Origin: an uncultured virus (IMG/VR IMGVR_UViG_3300049043_000106)
Taxonomy: Duplodnaviria > Heunggongvirae > Uroviricota > Caudoviricetes
Virus record (IMG/VR): IMGVR_UViG_3300049043_000106
Reading direction: 5' to 3' (one strand)
Length of the DNA stretch: 64,000 bases
Positions 11,773 to 21,530 of this stretch are shown piece by piece (within the stretch, counting starts at the first letter, position 1; every line of letters begins with the position of its first letter). The notes under the pieces are model-generated. The model ran no database searches. It was given only the letters and a program-made list of their open reading frames with translations, and was not told the DNA's origin. Made by a program: the position numbers and the translations under genes.

Positions 11773-14700
11773 ATGTTGGATGACGGTGCGGACCACAACT
11801 TCATTTCTCAGGAGTTTGTGACTAAGCACAAATTGCAAGTCACTCCTCTTGAAGGGCTTGACACAGTGGCCTATGATGGCCACTCCTCGAGCGTGTCCAG
11901 GTGTGGTCCAGAACTTGCGCCTCAGTCTTGGACCATTCACCTACATGCTGGATGCCTTTGTGGCACCCCTTGGCAGATATGATATCTTCTTGGGGACCCC
12001 TTGGCACAAGGAAGCTGACCCTGTTGTCAGTCACCGGCAGAGATGCATCACTCTGCGAGGACAGGGGTACCGACGCGGTGACACTCTCCTTCCTGAGTGA
12101 GAACCAGACCTCCTCAGCGAGAGTAGGGCTGATTGCCTACACCGAGCTGCTCAGCTTCAACAAGAAGGTTGTCAGGTGTTTGTGGGTGTGGTACGCTTGA
12201 CCACCTCATCATCAGAGGTTGACACCTTCGTGGGGGCAATAGAGGCTGTATCATCTCCTCCCACTCGGCCTGTCCTGCGGAGTTCAAGGTGGTCTTTGAC
12301 CCAGCTTGGCAAGCCTCAGGACCAGGACATCAAAATGAAGATTGCCCTGGTGGAGAATGCTGAACCCCTAAGCATGGAGTGCGTAGGATGAGTGGACCTG
12401 AGCTCTGAGGAAATCAAGGCCCAGCTCCAGGACCACTTGGAAAAGGGGTGGATACGCCCCTCCTCTTCTGACTTTGGCGCGCCGGTGCTCTTTGTCAGGA
12501 AGAAGGACGGCTCCTTGCGTATGTGCATCGACTACCGGTCTCTCAATAAACTCACGGTAAAGGACCGGTACCCTCTCCCTCACCTTGAAGAGCTTCTTGG
12601 ACCGTCTTCATGGTGCTAAGGTCTTCAGCAAGATAGACCTTCAGTCTGGCTATCATCAGGTGATGATTGAGGAAGGAGACATCCACAAGACTGCCTTCAG
12701 GACCCGCTATGGGCAGGATACGAGTTCACGGTCATCCCCTTTGGCCTGACCAACGCTCCTTCGGTGTTCATGAGGATCATGAACAAGATCTTTGCTGAGT
12801 ATTTGGATGACTTCATTGTGGTCTTCATCGACGACATCCTGATCTACTCAAGGACCATGAAGGATCACCTCCTTCACCTCCGTAAGGCTCTGGAGGTCCT
12901 CAGGAAGCATGGCTTTAAGGCCAAGCTTAAGAAGTGCCAGTTTGGCCTTCCTCAGGTGGAATTCTTGGGCCATGAGATCAGTGAGGCAGGTCTCTCCCTC
13001 CCCGCTCCTCTGCTCAAGCCATCCTGGAGTGGCCAGCCCCACTTAACATTGAGGGTGTGCGCACCTTCTTGGGTTTCCTGAATTGGGTAAAAAAATACAT
13101 CCCACGCCACGCCTGGAGTCCGCTCTCCCAATCTCCAACCTCCTCGAGCTCTGCATCACCCTGGACTTGGGGTCCTGACCAAGACGCTACTTTCAGGACC
13201 TGAAACACAAACTCATCACTTCCCAGTGTTGAAGTGGCATGACATTCTCAAGCCTTCATCCTCATCATTGATGCTTTGACCACACTCGGTGGTATCCTGC
13301 TCACATCTTGGGTTCCTCAATTGGGTAAAGAAATACATCCCACGCCACGCTGAGTCCGCTCTCCCAATCTCCAACTCCTCAGCTCTGCATCACCGTGGAC
13401 TTGGGGTCCTGACCAAGACGCTGCTTTCAGGACCTGAAGCACAAACTGATCACTTCCCCAGTGTTGAAGTGGCCTTGACATTCTCAAGCCCTTCATCCTC
13501 ATCACTGATGCTCTGACCACACTATCAGTGGTATCCTCTCCAGCTTGACCCAGATGGAGACCCCAGCCTTGTGCTTATGACAGCTTCAAGCTCAAGGCTG
13601 CCCAACTCTCATGGACAGTGGGAGAGAAGGAGATGTTTGCAGGTATCCGCTGCATGCAGTTGTGGAGGTGCTACCTTTTGAACATGGAGTTTCAGTGGTG
13701 GACTGACCACGACAACCTCCGGTATTGGAGCACCAAAGCAGAGTTGTCACCTCGTCTCATCAGGTGGTTGGACAAACTGGAGAATACAAGTTTGAAGTTC
13801 TGCACATCCCTGGCAAATCCAATCCAGCTGATGCCCTCACCAGAGTGTCTGAGGACCCTGAGTACAAGTCTCAGGTTGCCAGGCGCCAACAACTTGCCGC
13901 ACGGTTAGGCTTCCCTGAGAATGTCTCCTCAGGTAGCCTACATCCTCCCTCTCTCACCTCTTGCGCAATGAAGCTCAGAGGGGAGATTCAAGTTGGTGGG
14001 GAGTATTTGGATAGGGTACGGCGTGCTTATGCTACCGACCCTTGGTTCGCTGAACCTGACAACGTTCAGGACCTCCATTTGGAGAACGGCCTATGGTACA
14101 AGGCCGGCAAGCTTTGCATTCCTGAAGGCCCTACCAGGATGCACTTGCTCCGTGAGGCACATGACTCACCAACAGGTGGTCACTGGGGACACAATAAGAC
14201 TCTGTCTTACCTCAGGAACCATTTCTTTTGGCCGGGTCTGGCCAAAGATGTACTCGAGTACGTGAAGACTTGCCACCACTGCCAAATCAACAAGGCTCGC
14301 AACCACAAGATTTTTGGGGACCCTTCACCTCTTGGGGTTCCCCAAGGCAGATGGGAGGAGGTCAGCATGGACTATATGGGTGGCCTACCCAAGTCCAGAT
14401 CCCTCGGGTATGACCACGTCCTGGTATTCGTGGACCGCTTGTCTAAAATGATGCATGTGGTGCCAGTGACCAGCACGGTCACAGCACAGGAGACAGCGGA
14501 GCTCTTCTTGAACCATGTGGCACGTTACCATGGTTTACCCAAGAAGATTCTCAGTGACCGTGACGCCCGGTTTCTGTCTGAGTTTTGGAAGCAGTTATTT
14601 GATGGTTTTGGGACCTCCCTTGGTCTCAGTACCGCCTATCACCCTGAGACAGATGGCCAGACAGAGATCTACAGACGGGACTCTGCTCAGGTACTTGAGG

Positions 14701-15445
14701 ACCTACAGTGCCAAGGAGGGCAGGGACTGGCCCAAGTGGTTATGGTTGGCTGAATTTGCTTACAACCACGCGGTCCAAGCTTCCACAGGATTTTCTCCTT
14801 TCCAGCTCATGTATGGAGAAAACCCATGCACTCCCCTGGAGCGCATGCTCCCTCCTGTGCACAAGTCCCCTCAGGTCAAGCAACGCCTAGACAAGCTCAG
14901 GCAAACCCTTGAGACCTGCAAGAAGCACCCTTCAAGCTGCTCAGGACTCTCAGGCCCAGCAGCTGGCGCAGCGGCGCACTCCACCTCCTGCTCTGACCGT
15001 GGGCATGCAGGTTGCCCTCTCCACAGAGCACCTGAAACTTCCAGGCAAGACTGTCAGGAAGCTCAGGGAGAAATGGATTGGCCCTGTGCCTATCACACGT
15101 GTGCTAGCCAATGGCAATGCTGTGGAGCTCAATCTACCTCCCCGCTGGAAGGTCTCCAAGTCCTGGAATGTGAAGTATGTCAAGCCCTACAACACTTCCT
15201 CCAGATTCCCAAGGGATGAGATTGCCCAGCCTCCCAGCATGATGGTCAACAATGAGGAGCACTGGGAAGTTGAATCCATCTTGGATTCTCGCACCAGGAG
15301 GGTAGGCAACAGGAACATTCAAGAGTTCCTCGTTAAATGGCTTGGATGGGGCACCGAACACAATGATTGGCTCCCCAAATCCGAGCTTTCCTCCTGCAAG
15401 GCTCTCCTGACGCAGTTCCTGAGGCAGAACCCTAGTCAATCTTGA
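11773..15445 (+). pseudogene. pol: Frameshifted pol of element C (PR, RT, RNase H, integrase, chromodomain)
   Basis: [83 protein letters not shown] chromodomain. Confidence 0.93.
13067..13541 (+). repeat. Tandem duplication (~239-bp unit) in the RT/RNase H connection of element C
   Basis: TCTTGGGTT(T)CCT.AATTGGGTAAA.AAATACATCCCACGCCACGC begins at both 13067 and 13306. Confidence 0.9.
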
Positions 15446-15649
15446 CACCTGGCAGTTGACTCCGGACCTCCGAGGCTCAGGACCCCGAGACTCCCAAGCT
15501 CTCAGGTCCCAACTCGTCCTCTGCCTGGGTACTTAAGCTCTCGCTTCTCCAGGGTTCTCCTATTGTGTTTTCACACTTCTGTGGACTTCAATCTCCTGCA
15601 ATCTCTACTCAATCCGACCACTTTGTCGACATGGCTGCCTTGACACCCT

Positions 15650-18600
15650 ATGATACAAGCACTGCCCCATGGCTCTCCACCCAAGGAGGGTCAGTTTTAC
15701 AACATTCAAGGTTGGCTGCAACATAAGGGCATTCGGATGTACAGTGATATGAGGGAAGCAAGGGGTTGGGGGTGGCATCTGGGCCGTGGACCAGCCCTCT
15801 TCAAGGAGGCCTCCCTTCCCTTCAGTTTCAAGGACATCCCTAACCCAAAGTGGTCCTTTGTGGTTATGGGAACTAGAGCTGCCAAGGACCCAGTGGATGG
15901 GGTCCAACCTCTGTTTGACTTCACTAGCAAGCAATGCTTAGTGTACCATCCTGCTAAGGATGGCGCTCCTGCAGAGGTCACGGCAGCCAGCCCTGTGGAG
16001 TGGGCTCGGTACAAGCACTACCGCGTTCGAGAAGCTCTTCCTGAGCTTGGGGCTACCTTCGTGCAGCGGCCCACCCTCGAACTGGTCTCCACCATGAGCC
16101 TTCAGCAGTACCTTCAAAGGTACTACTTTCCCCTCAGGTTTGTCAATTCAGACTGAGCGGGACATCAATTACTCCAAGCTCTCCCGAGTGGCTTCAGACA
16201 TAGCCACGATGCCGTCCCCTCACTTCTGGGAGGAGTACCTGGGTGACCCAGTGTACTATGACTTCCAGTCTCATACTGTCATGCGCGTGGACCCCGCCTC
16301 CAATACTGTCCTGAGGCACACCAATGCCAACGAGCCCTACATAACCACCCTCTTCGTCACGGATGCCCTCTACCTCCTGAGACTTCACAAGGCTGGCCCT
16401 TACCTGGCTGCAGCTTCTCCGTGTGTTATGAAGGCTCTAGGCTCGGGTGCTTCTTCTCAGGACTTGGAGCTCCTGGAAGACTTCAAGCTGGAAGCTCGAT
16501 GACTTCCACAAGGTGCTGTACAACACCTTGGGAGCCTCCACTCCGTTGGACTTCAAGCCCCGTGTGATTACTAGACCTCACCGGGACTTCTCATCCTTCG
16601 AACCCTCCTACGTTAGTGACAGCGTGAACCAGTGGGTTTCCTACATCAGGGGAGACTCCATCCACCCCCTGTGGACCTTCAAGAGGGACGAGCTAGAGCC
16701 ATCTTACTGGGAGACCTATGACCAGTCCCCAGTACCTGCTCTCAGGTGGACCACCTACTCCAGGACCTGCGGGTGGCTATCAGCCTCCTCAGTACATCTT
16801 CAATGTCTACGGGAACTACCTTCAACGTGTTCCCCCTCCATCTGACCTTCTCCTAGGACTCACCTCTTCTGAGCGGCGAGCCATCTGTGAGAAGCCCCTC
16901 AATTCTGAGGTGGCTGAGGACTCCCTCCTATACATCCAGTCCAACAAGGATGATTGGGAGATGCCTGCTGGCGGTGGGTGGGATAGTGATGATGAGGAGG
17001 TGCACCTCACCGTCACTCACGCTCAGGTGTCAAGACTCTCAAGGGAGACTCAGGACCTTCTCAGGTCCCAGCAACCTAAGGCACAGCGGTCAGCGTTGGC
17101 TGCTTTGGAGACCATCTCCTCCCAAGCCACGCCACGGCAGTCAACCTGCCAAGGGCCTCCGCCACAAGGCCAGAGTCGTCCGTAGTCCTAGCCCTGAGGA
17201 CCCTACCCCCACCAAGCGTCCCCGCCACTCCTCAGCTGCACCAGAGCCAGCAAAGCTTCCCGCACCCAAGCTCTCTCCTTTGGGTGTGCTGATGGAGTGG
17301 GTTCACAACCCCCACTCCTCTACCAAAAGGGAGGCTAGTGGACACCGGTCGGTCAACCTCACCACTGACACGAGCATCAAGCACGGTCAGTCTGACCACC
17401 GACACAGCCTTGGTACGCCACTTGCTTGCCCAAGACCCCCTCTACGGCATTGGCACCAAGATTGCGGGGATCCCACACCCCACCGACTTTGCCAAGAATG
17501 TACCTCCCCTCCTGACCTGCCGTCCAAGTTGGATAGGGGTGAGTTGTACAAGGCAATGTTGAAGGAACGGGCAGCACGGCGGGAGCTGGAGCGTCAGGAC
17601 CTTCAACTCAAGCAAGCGGCCACCACCCCGAGTGACCCTCATTCCTCACCCCGGTGCTGATGCCAGCTCCTCCCTCCTCACTCCTGCCCAAACCCATCAG
17701 GACCTCATCGATGCGTACAGGGCCACTCAGCCTAGAGCCCTTCCTGGCTTCTGGCCTCTCCCGTGCCCTGACCTCAAGGACTACCCGGAAGTTAACACCC
17801 GAGAGGACTTCCAGGTAATGCTAAACCAAGAGTGGGGCCGGTTGAGTCAGCAAGCCAGTGATAGGGAGGAGGAATGGCGACAGAGATTCAACGAGGCCAG
17901 CGAAAAATACCTTGACCTCTTGAACTCTTTCGAGTTGTTAGATCAGCGGCTAACAACCGTCCAGGACCTCCAATCTGGCCCAAGGCCCTCTACCTCGACC
18001 TGCCGGAGCCCGCTCAGCCCGTGCAGTCGGTCCTCAACCTGTCCAGTACCTCCCTCCGAGCTTCAGGACCCTATTGACCTCAGCCGTGAGGAGCTCTCCC
18101 CACACCCTAGTCCTGAAGCCCACGCCCATGAGGAGGTCCCCAGTCGAGGAACCCCCTCCTGACCACACTGACAGTCCCTCATCTTCCTCTCCTTCTTCGT
18201 CGGAGAAAGGTCAGTCTCAAGGGCAAGTCACCCCGCCCTTAACCTACAGTCCCATGACCGCGGGATTCACCTCAGCCAAGTGGTGGGCTTGTCACTTCTC
18301 TGCCACCCTTGGCTAGCCCTCTCCCGCTTCATGACCCGTCAGCTATGTGGACCTTCTTCGAGGCCCAAGCTCGCAGCTCGCCCCTCCCCTCCTACCAGTT
18401 CCTCCACTCTGTCTACCAGTCCACCGCCCCGTTGTCTCTGCCTTCCAGGCAGAATTGTCATCTCAGATGACACGGGTGGCCACCCTGGAGGCAGAATTGG
18501 AGACCGCCAAGCTCTCCGGAGGGCAACCTTGAGCAGATGCAGCTGGCCATCAACCGCCTTGAGGAGGTGGAAGCCCGCTGCACCTCTCTGGTTGCACAGG

Positions 18601-19032
18601 TCCAGCATGCCAACGCCTCGCTGGACCACCTCAGCGGTCTGTTCACCTCCTTCTACAACAGGCTTCAGACTGCCGTGGAAGCCAGCTTTCCCCCAACACC
18701 CCAACACAGTCTTGAGGGTACAGCGGGGGACATTCTGGAGATGGCCCTTGAGCTTTGGGAGGAGATGGCCCTCATCACCATTGCCTATCGGGAGCTCCAA
18801 GCCCGCCCTGTCCCTGGCAACCTTCCTCACCGTGTCTCCGAAGGTATCCAGTACTCTCCGGACGTGGATTGAGCACGCTCAGGAGAGGTACCAGGCTATG
18901 CGGGGGCAACGGGACTCCTCCCGTGCACAGGTGCGTGGCCTTCAGGCCACACTCACTGCTGAGGCTGAGCAGATTGGTCGCCTTACCTCCGGGGCTGACC
19001 AAACATCATCCCCCGGGACATCAGGACTTTAG
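15650..19032 (+). pseudogene. Additional sense-strand ORF region of element C (env-position, unknown function), frameshifted
   Basis: Chain of overlapping plus-strand ORFs (15650, 16140, 16447, 16718, 16887, 17632, 18537...) with protein-like composition, an S/P-rich middle and a coiled-coil-like end (QLAINRLEEVEARCTSLVAQVQHANASLDHL). Confidence 0.6.
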
Positions 19033-19110
19033 GACTTGTATAGTTTGTCCTGTTGCCTGATTGTTTTCCTTAGGTCCCGTCCAGGACCTCAGGAAGGGGG
19101 AGGAGGACCA

Positions 19111-19681
19111 TGTAGGCGCTACCGGACCCTTAGGGGGCCTCAGGACCCTACCCTTAGCCCTCAGGACCCTCCTGAGGTACATGGTAATTAGGCCCCCGGC
19201 GGAATCCCCATCCTGTGGGCGCCGGTAGAGACTCTATTCATCCGTACTTGTGTGTTCGTAGCTTTCCCGCACTTGGGCGCGGTTAGTTCGGCATGCATGT
19301 TGGCTATTCATGGCTCAGGACCTACAGGAACCCTAGTATATAGGTTCCTTAGCCCTTGTTGTACGGGCAATGAGCCCACCGCGTGTAACACTGTTGCTAG
19401 TAGCACCCATTGTCCGTGACAAGTTGTCACCTCGTGCCCCGTTGTCGCCGGTGTCCAAGACCTCAGCCACGTGGACCGTTGGGGCCCACCGGCCGAGAGC
19501 CTTGGCTCCACCGGCTCTGCATTGTCGACGGCTGGAACCGGTTCCTGCCGGTTCCCGCAGGTAGGCTCGTTTTGGCTCCATTCTGAGCCATTCTGAGCTA
19601 TGTCTTAGGATGTGTGTTTTGCTATGTTTATGCTAGGTCTTGTAACGCCCATTATGCAAAATTACAACGGTCACTCCTATA
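19111..19681 (+). repeat. LTR between elements C and B1 (preceded by PPT, followed by PBS)
   Basis: AGGAAGGGGGAGGAGG PPT then TGTAGG...CCTATA; 19425-19670 matches 28690-28934. Confidence 0.8.
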
Positions 19682-19683
19682 CT

Positions 19684-19700
19684 TGGTTTCGGAGCCGGTT
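19684..19700 (+). other. PBS-like sequence, variant of tRNA-iMet PBS
   Basis: TGGTTTCGGAGCCGGTT 2 nt after the LTR end; canonical plant iMet PBS is TGGTATCAGAGC. Confidence 0.7.
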
Positions 19701-19829
19701 CCCACCAGCTTCTAGCTACTCCATTTACCATCTAATCCCCAGAATCCAGGAGGCAATTTAGCCTCTTCCTGAAGTGCTTAACGCAGCTGGTGGTGAGAAC
19801 CACCGGTTTAGGGCCCCTTAGGGCTTCCT

Positions 19830-20728
19830 CTACCAAGCTCCAGTGTCCTGGCCCTTGTCGTGTTGCCGTAGCCGCTGCTCCCACCAGCTGCGCCATCGAT
19901 GACCGTCAGGAGACGGCCAGATTCTCCACTCGATGACGACCTGCAAAGGTAAACAAGGTAAGATAAAACCTAACTTACCTTGTGGAAAGACGTTGCCGAC
20001 TTAGCCAGCTCTGACACCTGCACAAGAAGGTAAGTAAGAGATAACTTACCTGATGAATGAAGCTGGCCATGAAGGCCAGCTGGGCGAGAGGGCCGCAGAG
20101 GCCCGTGGACCTACGAGCAAAGACACAAGGTAAGTAATTCGAAAGAACTTACCTTGTGTTCTTCGAGAAGGGCGCCTCAGCTGCCGAGCGCACGGACGCA
20201 CGGTAGGCCAGTCCATGGCCCCAGCCCCAATGGCACCAGCCTGAGCCGGTGCCCACCTACACGAGAGATAAGGTAAGTAACAGAAACTTACCTCTGCAAG
20301 CGCTGACGCCTCTCGGAGGACGCCGTTAGCACCTGCGAGACGAAGAAGGTAAGTAATGACAAACTTACCTGGATGAATGAAGCCATCGGGACGATCCCGA
20401 CGGAGCTGGCGACCTGACAAAAGAAAAGGTAAGATCAGACTTACCTTTAAGTATGACTACGGTCGGTGACCTGCAAAGCAAGAAGGTGAAGTGCTGAGTC
20501 ACTGACCGTGGGGCCTGCGCCCTTGTGAACTCACCTGTTCAGACGAGTCGCTGCAGGACTTCCTAAGGCACTGAAGCCGACGTGTCTAGTCGACCGAGGT
20601 CCATCGCCTGTCGACGTGGTCAAGAGGGGACCGGTCACTCGAGTGACCGGCCTCGTGCGATACTTCCAAGTACCCCACCGACCGGCAGGACAACCGGCGG
20701 TGGAGTACAAGAAGGACGGCGGAAACAT
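19830..20728 (-). CDS. Putative antisense 8-exon gene/transcript with seven micro-introns (206-aa spliced ORF, no recognisable homology)
   Basis: Minus-strand GT..AG introns at 20471-20534, 20414-20444, 20333-20368, 20257-20291, 20111-20152, 20018-20049, 19941-19978. Manual splicing gives an open frame from ATG 20728 to TAG 19830. Confidence 0.45.
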
Positions 20729-20730
20729 GG

Positions 20731-20910
20731 ATTAGGGTTTTCGGGGGTTTCTGCTAAACCCCCGGCCCCAAAACTCTACCTTAGGGTTTTTCGAAAAACC
20801 CTACGTGGAATCTGGGGTTCCCAGCTGAACCCCTACACCCCTATTTACCCGAGGAGTCCCCGGAGCTCAGGGAGTATAAGGGGGCTCTAGGGTTTTGGGG
20901 TAAACCCTAT
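20731..20910. promoter_or_regulatory. Telo-box-like cluster (TAGGGTTT/AAACCCTA), possible promoter of the antisense unit
   Basis: At least five TAGGGTTT/AAACCCTA motifs in 180 bp; equivalent clusters at ~30140-30170 and ~53870-54115. Confidence 0.5.
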
Positions 20911-20946
20911 TTCTTTCAGGGTGTTTGAATTGAGTTTTTACACTTC

Positions 20947-21530
20947 AGCCGGCCTCCGGGCCCGGCGAAGCGCTGCAGTAAATTTTGCGGGCACTATGTA
21001 TTCGTTCTTGCGGCATTTACAGGTTTTCCAGATTGAGTTTTTATGGTTAAGCCGGCCTCCGGGCCTGGCGAAGCCATGCAGAAATTTTGTGAACGCATGT
21101 GTATTTTCGGCCCCCGGAGCAGGGTTTGTGTTTTTACGGTTAAGCCGCCCTCCGGGGCCGCCGAAACTCTGCCCAAATCTTTGTGAGTGTAGTGTTAAGG
21201 AAGTTTCGGAGGTACCGGTTACTCATTTTACTATGAGCCGCCCTCCGGGGCCGCTGAACCTATGCTCAAATTTTGCAGAAGTTACATATTCGAGTTTTTC
21301 GGCATTTCGCGGCTTATTTTATGGGCTTATCTTTTTACGCCGGCCTCCGGGCCCTGTCGAACCTGATGCCCAAATTCTCTACACGAAGTGCGGACTTTGT
21401 TTTTCTTCCTCCCCTTCATTTAAGCCGGCCTCCGGGCCCTGCCGACCTATGGTCAAATCTGGTTGGTGATATGGGGAATTCGGGTTATGTTTTAAGTGTA
21501 TGTATGCATTAAGCCGGCCTCCGGGCCTGT
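20947..21530 (+). repeat. Seven ~85-105-bp degenerate tandem units with core TTAAGCCGGCCTCCGGGCC (B1)
   Basis: Core at ~20947, 21047, 21140, 21234, 21338, 21420, 21510. Confidence 0.9.

Larger units (their letters stand above)
11171..19681 (+). mobile_element. Chromovirus-type Ty3/Gypsy element C, 5'-truncated, with extra 3' ORF region
   Basis: Frameshifted MTase-like/PR/RT/RH/INT/chromodomain, then ~3.4 kb of additional ORF fragments, PPT at 19091-19107 and an LTR. Confidence 0.9.

Noticed and set aside
20731..20910. Telomeric or interstitial telomere repeat
   Set aside because: The motifs are isolated and in both orientations, not tandem TTTAGGG.
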